This document shows, in pieces, positions 13,511 to 27,159 of a stretch of 64,000 nt of DNA. Source of the stretch: Thalia democratica (lineage: Eukaryota). Below the pieces are notes generated by a model. The model made no database searches. It saw nothing but the letters and a program-made list of their open reading frames with translations, and was not told where the DNA came from. The stretch lies in assembly GCA_965202585.1 (NCBI GenBank), contig OZ241829.1:14818001-14882000 (forward strand). The letters run 5' to 3'. Within the stretch, counting starts at the first letter, position 1, and each line of letters starts with the position of its first letter. Made by a program: the position numbers and the translations under genes.

Positions 13511-14992
13511 AGGATAAATATATTTACTTATCTTTAAAAATGTTTTAAAATAGCTGAGAAGTATAAAAACGCAGAGATACTTGTGATAGTAACAGAGTAA
13601 TGAAAATTTTTAGTAAATATTTAAAACTGATCAATTTTAATTTTAAACTTTTTTTAAAATCTTATTGAAATAATAACTTTATCAACTCAAATTTGTAACA
13701 AGAAGTTTTAAGTCTCTTAGTGATTAATTAAACATATTTTGTTAGTTAACCGAATGTACATTTTTTAAAGTACTACTAGTATTCGAACTTAGTCGTATAA
13801 TATAGTCGTATACTTTAAAACTACGTTAAACTAGAATAACTATTATTATTTTATGTTGTTAATTTCTTGTTTTAGGCTAAGCACTAGTATGTGTTTCTTT
13901 TTTCTATGTAAGTTATCTGCACTTACGTCTAAGTACTTTTAAACAATTTCTACATAAAACATTTTATAGATGTATAATTAAAAAATAAAGTTTAAAAAAT
14001 TTACAAAATATATTAGCTTTGTATGTTTAATTTTAGTATGACATTAAGATAATTAACCTAACTGACTTTTAATTAAGAACAATTAGTAAACTAGCCTTAT
14101 AAAACGTTTAACTTTAAAATGATTAAATGTGATTTAACAATACATGTACAAATAAGGATTAAGTTTATACTGCGCTATAGTATTTTACTTTAAGAATGCA
14201 AGGCTTTAGAAAAAAGTTGATATCTTTTAAATTAAAATGTACAAACTATTTCATATGAATTAAATTATTTTTTATAAAGGGCACAATTATTTTGAGGTTT
14301 GGAATAAGTTATGTAGTAAATTTTTAAGTACCTAAATGTAAGCAAAAAATGATAAGGCTTTTTTCAAAGATTTTATTGAAGTTAAATAAAGAAAACCATG
14401 CAAAAAATATTTAAGAAAAAATATATTTGTAGTTCAAGCAGATGTAAAAATTCAGTTAAGTTTTAGTAGCTCGCTTGTTAAACTCTTTTAACTAATATAA
14501 GTTAAAAAATGAGTATCTTAAACACTTTCCTTATTTTTTAGAAAGGGTGTAAAATTTTAAAACTTATACTTTTTGCGCACAAAAAACATCATTGACAACT
14601 AATTATAACAGTATTAAAATATATAACATTTACGGTACTAAACTTTGTTTATTTTTTATAAGCCTTCTAGAGCTTCATGTATCATTATGAAAAACTTATT
14701 TCAGGAAACTATACAAAATAGTCATGATTTATTAATGACCAACAAGCTTTTTTACAGGTATACTGTGATAACGAAATTTTGAAATATTCGACACCACAGG
14801 TCTAACAAACACAAGTTTACTACAAAAAATTAAACCAAATAAATTAGAACCTACAAAAGGGGCTAGCTTATTCAAAAACAATGTATAAGTATAGAACTAA
14901 CGTATGTAATAAAATAAAGATCTTTTCTAATTATCCCAATGTTTTTATTCATTATAATGAAACATACTGTTTATATGAAAACCTTTAAGTGA

Positions 14993-15181
14993 AAACCTTT
15001 AAGTTATCGACTCGCACACCACCTGGGTATCTTTCAACGTTGTGTCCAGGACAAGACTTTAAGTTAAAAAATATTAGGATATGCTAAAAATGCAGACAGT
15101 CATAGAAAACTTTTTTTTTCTGACCTATACAAGACGTTAAAAGGTATCCAAGCGGTGTACGACTCGACAACTCAAAGGTTT
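14993..15181. mobile_element. Small MITE with ~48-bp imperfect TIRs
   Basis: Left end AAACCTTTAAGTTATCGACTCGCACACCACCTGGGTATC; reverse complement of right end AAACCTTTGAGTTGTCGAGTCGTACACCGCTTGGATACC. Confidence 0.65.
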
Positions 15182-15203
15182 ATTTGTGCACCAGGTTCTA
15201 GGA

Positions 15204-18200
15204 CAGGAGTCGGCAAACTGCGGCCCGCGAGCACATTTATTTTTTGAATTGAATGTGGCCCGCGAAAAAAAATTATGTGGCCCGTAAGCATGTAAATGTG
15301 GCCCGCTGAGCAAAGTATACTTCTAGTCAATTTTTTTAGGTAGTTTGATTTAATTTGATTAATTTGGCTTTAAGTTCCTATATAACATATCAAAAAATTA
15401 AAAGACTTTACTGATTTGGCTTAAAAATGTGAAAAGGTAGATTAGCATTTGTCTAGTATTTTTTTTACAGTTTCATAATAATTTTCTTTTTAAAACAGCA
15501 AGTTATGATCTGAAACGGAGTTTAAAGAGTGCTTAGATTTAGTAAGTTATATATACAATACTTATTTATTTAAAATATACTAAATGCAAATGTTTTCCAT
15601 TATGTACAAGAGTAATGCACATTAATTAACTAAAATGTCATTTGTTTACAAATTAAATATTTATTTTACATGTAACTTATACCTATGTTTCTTTTACAGA
15701 TGTTTTATAACTATATGTCATGTTTCAATGTACACAAACACTTCAAAATTACATAATAATAAAAACTTGCGTTTATCTTATTTTGGTTTAGATACATTTT
15801 GAGTATTTAGAATATTTTTGTGCACTTAAATTAATTCCTATGAACACAAATGTACTCAAATGCTCATTTTTTGAACCACTTTTTTATTTAACATTTAGTT
15901 ATATAAAGTTAAGTTTGAAATCAATTATTTTTTGTTGTTGTTCCTATAAGTAACAATATATATATATAATATATAACGAAAATAATATATATGATATAAG
16001 TTAAAATAGTTTTTGTTAAGTATAAACTTTCATTTTTCAAACAATATTTTTTGGAAAATTTTTGTTTCTTTTGCCATTATTTTGCGTTTTAAAAAAATTA
16101 TAATACTCCTTAGTTTATAAATAAAAAACGATTTCAATCAAGCTATTGCACGTAGTAAACTTTGTTTGTAAATGTGCGCTACACTTTAACAAAATGTTTA
16201 ACGAAAAAGAAATTATGAAAGTTTTATAGGATCTGAATTTATTTTCTAATAACTTAAGGTCAGAAAGTCGTGTGGAAAATTAGTCTAATAAGTTTTTAAT
16301 TACGTCAAAAAATTCAAAATCTGTTTTTAGTTTGATGTTTTCAAAGTTTGTGGAATTTATTTTTTCTTTTATCTGAAAACCCCATAGTCTTAACTTTGTT
16401 TCAAAATTCGTAATACTGTACCATATTTCATAAAATTTATTTTTTTCTTGTAATACCAAGTTAGGTTTTTAAGTTGCGATTTAAGACAAACCAGAAATGA
16501 TAACATTAGTATCAAATTTTTATCTTTATAAGCAGTAGTAGTTATATTTTTATTTTTAAGTAAAGTTCCAATTTTATTTCTAACTTATACACTCGTTATA
16601 GCATCAAACAAAAACTAAACCTAAGAATAAGCCAAAAGTAAACTAGGTCAACGTATTGGCTTTTTGTTTTTCCACTACTTTTCGAAACTGTCGGTGGTAA
16701 AAATTGTTTGACAAAGTAGTGTTCACTACTTAGATTGTCAATTTCATATTTCTTTAAGCTTGTTGTCTTCGCACAAAATGAGTCCTGGTTTATTATTGAA
16801 CAAAGTTAATTGATAAACAACATAAGTCCAAGATCTGGTTTAAAACAAAATCATATTACCATCATGTATCTAGCAATAATTGCAGTAGCAACATTGTTTA
16901 CAAAAAACTTAAAAACACATTGAAATATTTATCTATTAATGTACTTTGCATTGGAATAAAACCTAGAAATTCTTCAAAAATTTTAAAATTAGTAAAAACA
17001 CCTCTTATAAAAATTCTCAGATGAGCAGTATCTGTTGTATCACGTCTCTCATCTTAACAGATTGATTAACGTCCTAATTTGATTTTTGCGACTTTATAAT
17101 CTTCAGAAATCTTATAAACACGAATTATTGTTGTCATTGAAGAAATAAACAAAAATCTTCTACTACCGCCAACGCATTTTCTTGAAAACAGTTTTTAGTT
17201 TTTAACGTTATCTCCTTTTTAGTAACTACTATTGCTACTTTATAATTTGCCTTAACAATTTTTTATGATCATTCTGTAGTTCCAGGAAAATTATCATGTG
17301 ATTTATTATTTCTGACTTAGACAATTTGTTTTTTATTTATTTAGTATCTTGCAATAACTCTTAAGTAACGTTTTTTAATTCTCATTGCCTGTTTTACATT
17401 TCACGTCTACCCTTTTTAAACGCAATATTTTATTGCAGATAAAGCATTGCTATAATGCTCAACAAAAAAATCTACTTCATTAACGGCTTATTGAATTTTT
17501 ATACTTTAATTAAAAATATATAAGAAACTTAATAATCCATTCAAGCTGACTTCATATATATTTTTAGATATGTTTAATTGATAAATGATAAACTTTTTTA
17601 TCTCTTTTTTTTTTTGTGAATTCTATTCTAAACAGGTTTGCTAACAATCAGGATAGTTTATAAATTTGAAAAACTCTGATTAAGCTAAACCGGTTTAGGA
17701 CACTTTTAAAACTTAGGTGTGTGTAAAAATTTTATTTTTAAACACTTTGAATAGATCTTCGAATTATCATAACAGTTTTTATGACTGTAGTCTAACTTAT
17801 TAATTGTATTTTTTAATGCCTACTTTATATTATGTACTTTTTTGTAATGATGATATTTTAATTAGGTGTTTAAGTTTGATTTACAGCAAGTTTTAAGCTT
17901 TTTAACTTTTAATAAACTTAGACTGGTTTGATAAAAATAAGTAATTTTTGCTTTTTAAATACCAACCATGTAAAAAACTAACTTATTTTTGTTAAGTTAT
18001 TTTATCAAAATATTTAAGTATTAATTATTAAAAAATAAATTAGTATTCTAACTTACAAATAGATATAAGTTTTATGTAGTTTACTAACTAATTAAATTTT
18101 TAAAACTATTTAAAACAAAAAATTATATTTAAAAGTTAATATTTTCAAAAATATGAAAAGCGGTTCATTATGTAAAAAATGCCCAAAAAAAAATTATTCA

Positions 18201-18512
18201 AGCTCAGTTTTCATAGAGAAGTAGATTGAAAGTAAAATTTAAATTTTTTTAAGTTTAACTTATTAAGTATCTAACACAAAATGTAGTTTGTTAAAACTTA
18301 AGTATATTAGTCAATTTAAAATTTATTCCAATTAATATGTATTATGTGTAGTTAAAAGTTAATTAAAATAATAAATTATAAAAGTAAAACATCCTTTAAA
18401 GTGACTCAAACTAAAAGATTATTTAAAGGTCACTAAAACTAAAACTGTGTCCCGCGAAGATTTTGGAAACTTGATACTTGGCCCCCGAGCACCAACTGCC
18501 TGCCGACCTCTG
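15204..18512 (-). mobile_element. Decayed hAT transposon (Buster/SPIN/GTF2IRD2-like transposase)
   Basis: TIRs CAGGAGTCGGCA / CAGAGGTCGGCA and 8-bp TSD TTCTAGGA / TTCTAAGA. Minus-strand remnants FFVEHYSNAL (~17470) and DERRDTTDTAHLRIFIRGVFTNFKIFEEFLGFIPM (~16950-17050), matching the DESTD..DTAQL.IFIRG motif. Confidence 0.85.
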
Positions 18513-19760
18513 TTCTAAGACTATACAATGTGAGCGCTTTTTATTTTGTTCGGTAAACGACATGTATTAGAAGTGCTATACATCTATTTTTCATCAAAAG
18601 GGTATACTCATTTGTAATAATAAAAACTTTTTCGTTTTCTTTACTTAAATGCAATATTATATATTATAGATGCAATTAAAAGCTTATTATTAACTATTTT
18701 AGATTTTTGTTAATGAACGAGTCTTTGGTCATAAACTTAATTCTTTTTTTATTCTTTTCTATTTAATTAATTATATTTTTTTTATAACTAATATATAGCA
18801 ACTCAGAAATAGATTTACAAAATATAAAAATCAATATTAAACTATACTTTATAAAAAAAAAAGATTGCGAGACTTAAACTGAAACAATAAACATTATTTA
18901 TTTATTTATTTTTAATTTTTATATAACTTATTCAAAATTATTTTGTTTTTGTTTCATTCAAAAAATATTTGTTTAGCAAACATTTAACTCACAATGTACG
19001 TAATCTACGTCATCAGAAGATTAGTTTGAAAATGAGCATAACAAATACTTAAGTAAATAGTATATAAACGGAGAAAATAAATTTGTACGTTTTGCATATA
19101 TATATAATGACTGTAACTGAAGACTTAACTTAAAAAAATTAAGTTCTTATTATGTCTTAAATAAGCTTGAATTTTTTTTTATTAAACACATGCGTATTAC
19201 ATACATGAACTACAACTAGAAGTTGTATTCATGATATAAATCGGTATAAATTTTCTATTAAAATATAACAGTTTTGTTTAACTTATATCTTAATTCCTTA
19301 TCATTTAAATAAATAAAAGACACTGTTGTTTTTTTATATAAAACATAGAAAAACGCTTAATTACATTTACTAATAAGCATAACACGTATTAAAGAAAATA
19401 AATTGACTAATCATAAAGTAACCTAAGCTTTTTTAATTAAACTAATTGTCAATAAAGCATTAATTTTTAAAGAAGCTTTTCCAATATTTCGCTAAAATTG
19501 ATTATAGAAAGAAGTGGGTGGTATTATTGGCAGATTACTCTGCCCTCCATTGCTTCCCACTTGAATGTAATTTCTTACTCTAGGGAAATACCCTTCTGGG
19601 CTTCGAAAGTCATTTGCTCTGAAGCCTGTTAAAATTTTCATTGTTTAATTGCAATTTTTTGTATTCAAAAACGTCCATTGTTTTAAATTGAAAACAGTAT
19701 TTTAACAACCGATACAAAAATAAAATCTACAACATAAGATCATATTTAATTTTTAATTAC

Positions 19761-21234
19761 CTGCAAACATACTGCTTCTATTATAACCTTGAGTGCTCTC
19801 TAATAACGACTGCTTGGCAAACTCATGATAGTTGTAAGCATTATTAAATGGGTAATTATACATGTGATCATCATTGTGTGGTTACTAGTATTTCCAACAA
19901 CAGATGGTAGCATAGTTATTGTGTTGAAATTGAATTTGTATGTGTACCGCTTTTTAGTTACTTTTGACATAATGCCATTTTCGTAGTAATACCTAAAAAA
20001 ATTATCACATTAGTGAACATATTGTCAATATAAGCTTTTAATAAGTTTTAAAAAATTATAAATTGTAGATATTAATGTTTATTTTGATATTTAGAGTTTT
20101 AATTTGTTAAACAGTGAAACAGGCATAACTAACTTTAGCTATTTTCTAAAAGGTTTGTCAGAATTTCTATAAAGTTAAAAATAATAGAATTCATTTTATT
20201 CTAGATTTTACTTAATTAGTTAGAAAGATCAGTATGAATTTCATTTTTTTATTTTGTAATGTCTATTTTGAACTAAATATGAAAATTTAAAACTTTTATT
20301 TTTAAAACCAGTTTATTTTTAACTGTTTTGTAGATCATTTTAAAATTTCGTTATAAACAAAGCAAGATATTTTATACTTTTTTACAAAGAAAAATAATGG
20401 GGAAGTTGAGTGCTACTTATTTATTTGTTCATTAACAATGGAAAAAAAATGTGGAAAATTTTTATATATTAAAAATATAAACTGGTTATTCAAGCTTAAA
20501 TATAAATAGTTGCACAATTTACTAAAAGTCTAAACTACAAATAGTTAAGCACAACTAAAAACTAATTGAAGCAAAAGTTAACGAACTTAAATTTTAAAAA
20601 TTTAAGTCAAACAAATAAAAGTTTAATAAGTTATTTTTAACACAATTGTTAGTAACTGCAATAATGACATTTCAACTATTTACCTCAGAGCCCTGCTAAA
20701 CTTTTCATAATTCAATTTCGGTCTTTTTTTCTTCTCTCCCCATCTTTTTGCAACGTTCTCAGGATTATATATCTTGAATTCCCCATCCATTCCTATTAAG
20801 TCAATTAGCTTCAGTTAAGCAAAACTAAGGTAAAATGCACAAATTAAAGTGTAGACTGTTAAAAAGATTCATTCAGAAAAAAAAAAAAGTGTACAATAAA
20901 TGCGCATTCAAAAACGATATCACTGTATTTTTTAAAGGAATTAAAAGAAGAATTTACGTCAAAATTTATACGCAGTCTGTGAATAAAAAATTGTCACTTA
21001 AATAGTTACAAAAATATGTGAGATTTTATTGACATTTCCAACTACTAAATATAGAGGTGGACGGATTTCTTAAAAGTTCTGAAAAATTTTGTAAAAATTA
21101 TATGTTAAATAAACATAAAAAACTTTAATTACCTTCCCAAGCAATGGAATATAAGTTAGATGGTTCGCTAAAAAGTTCCAGTAGAAATTGCCACAATTGA
21201 ATCTGAGCATTTCCCTGGCTACTAAATCTTTTAA
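19761..21234 (-). pseudogene. Three ETS-domain exons (21234-21133, 20792-20684, 19992-19761)
   Basis: Exon phases join cleanly to give a complete winged-helix ETS domain with the LWQFL, WG and RALRYYY motifs. Confidence 0.9.
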
Positions 21235-22059
21235 CTGTTTGAAAAATATGTTCTTTATGTTTTTACAAATCAAAATAAGTTGTTAATACAAATAAAATTG
21301 TTTTGTTCTTAAGTTTAAAGTAAGACTTTTTTTATTGATTAGACTTTTCAACTTTAAATAAGAAAATAAACAAAATTAGCTAATAAATTATTTGTCATGC
21401 TGCTATTGCTCTAGCAAAACTAGTTTTATTTTATAAACCGTATTTGTTTTAACGTAAAAGAAAATAACTTTAGACAGTAATATTATTAAAATTATTTATA
21501 CAATTTCAATTATATTAAATTTACACAGAATTCTTTCTTTATTAAACTAACACATGTTTCTGTGTAACACAGAAAAATATATTAGTTTTATTAAAAAAGT
21601 CTACTTTTTAAATTTGTTGTTATATATTCCATTAAAATTGTTTCGCTAGGATCTCTATTGGCAAAGGATTTCACTTTAACTTTCAGATAGTTATGCAATT
21701 TAATACACTTTGTAAATAAAAAATACGTTAAAACATACCAGTGTCCCTGAATTTAGCGTAAGCATCAACTTCCGAATCACCGAAAAATGTTTTATTCGAC
21801 TGATTTGCTGAACTACATTTTGTTTGTTGAACGGTATTATCTGTTACAATAAATACTTTTTCAATAACTATTGATTGATCTTAATAATAATAATAATAAG
21901 TTTTTTGTGTTTAATTTTTTTCTTTCAAGACAAGCAAGCTGCTTGATGAAGAAAAAATATACAATTTCAAAACCTACTGGTGTTATATTTTATTACAAGT
22001 AATATAAATTGGTTAGATAAACCAGCTTAAAGTAAACTAACTTGGCATTTAATTAAAAG

Positions 22060-23120
22060 GGGAACGGGTCAGAAAAGCACGGCGTCACCTTTGCATGGAG
22101 TGACACTTTAGCATGGAGTGATATTTTAGCACAGAGTGACACTTTTGCACAGAGAGACACTTTAGCACGGAGTGACACTGTCACACTTTATCACAGATTT
22201 ATTTTTTGCAATTATATTTTTCTGTGCTTTAACAAAATGTGTACTAATACGTTTAAAATTAATAAAGTGAATTATCAAAAACTAAAAGTTAACAAGCTTT
22301 AAATGTGTAACAAATTTAGGCTTAAACTAAAACTAAAGTAAAAGTAAACTTCAAAATTTTACCAACTGTTTTTCTATAGAACTTTTAAAGAAAATATTTT
22401 GGTACTTGTAGTTTCATATTTTCGACCAAAAACTATTTTTATAAACTAAGCAATATAGGCAAACTCTAGGTTTCTTAAAACTTTTTTACAAAACTTAAAT
22501 TAGTTTTGTTAGTTTTTTAATTTAAGCGTAAATTTTAAACAAAGGATGAGATATATAAGGATTAATTGATATTTATATACCATTTTCCTTTGTTTTTTAA
22601 AAACTCTGTTAACTTATTTCTACAGGCGTGCGTCTCGCATTTTTTTAATACTTTACTGTGTGTTATAAAAACTATGTAAAGACTACTTTAATGGTAATTA
22701 ACTTTAATCAAAAAATTGTTCTCCTTTTATAGCTTTATAGCTTTATTATTACTTTTATTGTTTTAACAGTTTAAGAAACAGCTCAATTTAAAAACCTACT
22801 AGTATAAAATTTTCTAGAGAATTTTGTTATCATGATATACTTGAAAGTGTTAGAACTAGTTTTTGTATTTTTTGTTTGTTAACTTAATGTTTAATGAGGA
22901 GTTGAGCATCATTTAAATAAACACCTTAAAAGATCTAAAATTATTCCGTGCTTAAATGACACTCCGTGCTAAACTGTCACCCGTTGTAAGTGTCACTCTA
23001 TGCTAAAGTGACGCCTTATTAAAGTGACAATCCGTGATAAAGTGACACTCCGTGCTAAAGTGAAACCGTGCTAAAGTGACACCGTGCTCAAGTGACGCTG
23101 TGCTTTTCTGACACCTACCC
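22060..23120. mobile_element. MULE/Foldback-like MITE in an ETS-gene intron
   Basis: TIRs GGGAACGGGTCAGAAAAGCACGGCGTCAC / GGGTAGGTGTCAGAAAAGCACAGCGTCAC, 9-bp TSD AATTAAAAG / AATTTAAAG, and arrays of ~17-bp GAGTGACACTTTAGCAC repeats inverted at the two ends. Confidence 0.85.
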
Positions 23121-24166
23121 AATTTAAAGTGGGTTGTAACTTGTGTTTAAGTAGACAAGTAAGTAAAAATACTTCGAAAAATAGTTACTAAACAAAACAT
23201 TGTTTACTCAGAAGTCTACTGTATATAAAAATTAAAAGTTTGTTAATTATTAAATAAGCACACTAATTTTAACACACATATAAAAACATGCATACTATGC
23301 GTACTGTTATATAATAACTAAGAATTATAATGTGTAAGAGGAGTAAAAATTTTGTAATTATTTTAATAAATACAATAATATTAACAAACATACACAAATA
23401 GGCAAATTGTGTGTTTTTATCGTATGTATACTTGTTGTTTGAAATACTAACTGTAGTTTCCACTGAAATTTATGCTTCTTCTTACAACATCTTGGTAACT
23501 ACGATGGGAATTACCCCTACTTAAATTACTTAGAGAATTGCCTCTGCTTAAGGTTGGTGTAAATGCGGTAACACTTCGTTCACCTGGACCTTGAAGTTGT
23601 GAATCTGTAGGTGATGTACTTGGACTGTTTTGTTGCTTTGCTGTTATATCTGAAATAAGTTACATTTCGTTACTTGTTTAACATATAATTTGTATTAAAT
23701 TTAAAATTACTTCATATGTTTTTTTTGGTTAATCTTATAGTGCATAAATTTTAAAGTAGAAATATTCAGTTTCTACAGTTAGGAGTATTAAGTAATAAAT
23801 TATTCAAAAATTGCGTTTAACGTCAGAACCGTTTTATTGATTTTATTAATAAATATGTAGTATTTATGATGCAGAAAGCAACAAAACTAATAAATGGAAC
23901 TTATCGCTTTTAAATAATGCTTACATTAGAAATATTTTAACCAGTTATTTTTTACTTGACTTTCTTTTGTCAAAATTTGATATTTATACTTGGTCTGAAT
24001 TTTTTAGTCTAAATACATCTCTGTTATTTTTCAACTCTTTTGCTTTGACTATATATTAGATTTTTCACAGTTACCAAAAAAACTCAAACCCTCCACTTTA
24101 CAGAAGATTAATTTTAAACATTAAAAGCTTTTTTTGATTAATTTTCAAATTATAACTACAACTAAC

Positions 24167-24385
24167 TTGTTTTCTCAACTCCTCTCAAAAAGTTCAGATG
24201 TTCTATAAAGATTTTACCCGACTTCTCATCTTTGGTGATATCTGCGAAATCTTCTTTTGTCAACTCGCACAAATTTTCCCAAACGAAACCCTCAAACAAT
24301 TGTGACGTCACACTACGTAGATCGTACTCCGCGATGACCCAATCAACCCAAGCTCTGACGTGTTCCTCGCTCTACAGTTCCGGTT
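24167..24385 (-). pseudogene. Pointed (SAM-PNT) domain exon of the ETS gene
   Basis: PEL*SEEHVRAWVDWVIAEYDL...LCELTKEDF...GKIFIEHLNFLR, with a CAG acceptor and GTTAGT donor. Confidence 0.85.
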
Positions 24386-25576
24386 CTGTGTAATGAAAGT
24401 TTAAATGTTTAATTTTATTGTTACATTTTAGGTTGTTTTACGTCAAAGATGTTGTTTAACTATCAATCTGCAACCAGATTTCTATTTCTTTATAAATCAA
24501 AGTATAATATATGAAGTTTTCTCAAATCTACCTGTTCTAAAGTGCATAGTCGTTTACCTCCTGCCCTTAAGGGTCAACGTTGCCTATTTTGTCCTGGTTT
24601 AATAAGTATTTAGTCAAAAGTAAGTATTAAATATTATAATAATTCAATAAACTGCTATAAAATATATCAGTTTAAAAGAAAAGTCTAAAATATATATTTT
24701 TATATTTAAAGATTTAGAAAAAGGAACAGGGCGGGCAATGGCCCAAGCTGTTGAAGACGTTTTTCAAATAAATAGTTTACAAGTAGAAATCTTATTGGTA
24801 TATGTAAGTGTGATTATTTGGATTCAAATTTATCTTAGTACTTTATAGTCTGTTTATACATTTGTAAAATTTGTAATAAAACTTAATCTAAATATATTTG
24901 AAAAAAGTTTAAAACTTGTATTTTAAGCAAATTAAGTATAACATGCAAAAAAAGGTTATACGTATACATTGTAACGCTGTACTAATGAAATAATTTTCGA
25001 AAGTAGTTAATTTTAGTTCTGTTAATCATCTCAAACAATTAAACAGTATTATCAAAATCTGTTTAATCAGTAGATTCAAAAATTGTATGAATAAATTGTT
25101 AATGGTTTGAATTTTGTTTTGTTACTTTAATTGCTCTTGTTCATGCACTTTTCATAATAAGTATATATAGATTAAAGGGGGCATAATTACTTTTTATATT
25201 GTTTAGATTGATATGAAAAATACTACCAATGATAGAATAACTTTAAATATGGGGATTGAACTTTAAAAATACATGTTATTTTTATTTTAAAGATTCTTAT
25301 TCATGAACAGTTTTTAACAAGTTAATAAAACCAATAACCGAATAAAACTTAAACAATGGTTAGTAAAATTACATTCTTTTTTTTTTTAGTGTCAACAGCT
25401 TAAGTGATAATAACCATTTTGTTACAAATATGGTGTAGCTGAAGAATAAAAAGAAGAAACTTTGTAAAAATAGTAAGAGATACATTAAATGCAGTTATGA
25501 AAGTAAAACTTTTACCCTGAACAGCTTGTAGCTAGATAAAACGAACCTAACAGAGATAACGATACTTCATTCCTAG

Positions 25577-25893
25577 TTGCAGATAGGAAAACAGTACTGG
25601 GGTATTGATGCCACGGAAGAGGATGGTAGTTTGGGTCGCTTATTGGATGACTAGTTAAAAGTTTTAGCCAAGGGTGAGACCTAAGCTTTGCACTACCGGT
25701 TTATATCATAGCCGCCAAAACCCAAACTGCCAAATGAAGCTGTAGTAGCTTTTACCGTTACAAGTTCCAGTATAGTATGATACGATGCCACACTCATATT
25801 TTGTGGCTTCGGCTGACATAGCTAAGGGGGTAAGAACTGAGATGGAACTATGGGGAACCCAAACTTAAATCTCTCATTTGGCTAAAACTTTAA
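25577..25893 (+). pseudogene. SET8/KMT5A-like SET-domain fragment (copy A)
   Basis: YWGIDATEEDGSLGRLL ... HSRQNPNCQMKL ... PHSYFVASADIAKG(E)ELRWNYGEPKLKSLIWLKL*; matches the SET8 C-terminal pattern DAT..GRLINHS..NC..PHL..A..DI..GEEL.YDYG...PWL. Contains stops and frameshifts. Confidence 0.8.
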
Positions 25894-26059
25894 ACTAGTC
25901 ATTTATAACTCTGGTAGTGTAATTGTTTTACTGGGAACAAATTGAATGTGTAGTGAATAAAGGAAATAATACATTTAAAACAAGTGCAAGTAAACAAGAA
26001 GCAGAAATGAGGTCAGCTGTATAATGAAATAGTTTCTCAATAACAAGTCTATATACTTT

Positions 26060-26600
26060 AACAAAGACAAAACGATTGTGAATATACTTGCTCAAACTGG
26101 TTGCAACTTATAATATGGTTGGTGTTGAAACTATTTTCCGCAAATAAAACTCACATATAGTAACTGTTTCATGCACATGCCTCTCAACTAGCTTGTGCAA
26201 CTGCAACTAAGGACAAAATACCAAAAGTAATTATGAATGTCAGTTGATGAGTTGTATTTGTAAATGTGGATATAATTTTTTTCTAAAATACTAATTTGTT
26301 GGAACTATAAGATTTCTAATTAAATAAATAAAAGAACATGTTAAAAAACAATGTCCAGTTAGCACAGGGTGAAACTCAGAAAAAGGTCAAAAAAGGCTTC
26401 TAGAGAAATGTCTACCCATTTATCAGTTAACTAAACGGAAAAGAACTTATAAATATATAAAATGATGAGTTTATATTCGCAGTACATTTTCTTGGCGGAC
26501 TATATGATTAAGCTACACTTGGCGGACTATATGAGTGCTGATAGAGTGTATATTTGTAAAAAATATGAAGTAGTAGAATAACATATTAAGTATTTAACAT
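26060..26600 (+). mobile_element. Decayed hAT transposase mid-region (M.G and CxxH motifs)
   Basis: NMVGVETIFRK*NSHIVTVSC then, after a frameshift, HASQLACATATKDKIPKV; resembles the hAT A..M.G....C.CH.L.L region. Paralog at ~62170-62700. Confidence 0.5.
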
Positions 26601-27159
26601 TTTTTATTTTTAGAGCTCAACCTGTAACGAAAAAAATCAAATGCAAGATATTTGGTTTAACAATTTTATCAGAAAGAAAAAAAAATAGAGTATTTAAATG
26701 AAGCATCTTTATAAAAAACGTTAAAAATTCTTAAAGCCATAATTAAAATGCCTTATATGATTAGGCTCGACTTGCCTACAGACTTATGACAAAGAAAACA
26801 TTCCGTTGAAAACCTTCTTTTATCTGCTTTTAATGGAGAAAAGTTGGGGGAAATAAAAAGTATCTGAAGGTGTAAAATACTGTTATAAGGATTATTATTG
26901 TAAAATAGGCAATAATATGATTAGGCTCCGTTGTGATGGACCCTGAAAAATTTTCCAAGGAATTGATAAAATAATAGTAATTCAGAAAAGGCAGAAATCC
27001 AATTAATTGTTTATATAATTAAAGTTAACGAAATCAACTTCGAAAAATTTGTTACCAAAATTATTGGTTTGTAGCTTTCCAACTTTTTGTCTCTAAGTTT
27101 CGCTTGAAAACTAAATTTTTAATTTTCTATTTATTGTATAAAACTAATTTATAAAATTT

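Larger units (their letters stand above)
19492..24547 (-). pseudogene. ETS-family transcription factor (PNT + ETS, ERG/FLI-like) with nonsense codon and frameshift
   Basis: Phase-compatible GT-AG exons: 24547-24532 (tentative ATG exon), 24385-24167 (PNT), 23649-23452, 21234-21133, 20792-20684, 19992-19761, 19625-19492. ETS domain reads [83 protein letters not shown]. TAG at 24374-24372 replaces the conserved PNT Trp; frameshift near 19878. Confidence 0.85.

Noticed and set aside
18990-19025. Minus-strand CTGATGA-CGTA-GAT-TACG hairpin
   Set aside because: It lacks the GAAA core after the stem, so it is not a hammerhead.
21070-23463. ORF-track entries 21070-21273 and 23269-23463, and antisense ORFs over Kelch, N and lectin
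   Set aside because: These are off-frame or antisense shadows of real exons, or AT-rich chance ORFs.
24300-24385. GC/CpG-rich patch with TGACGTCA and TTCCGG as a promoter
   Set aside because: It is explained as the PNT coding exon on the minus strand.
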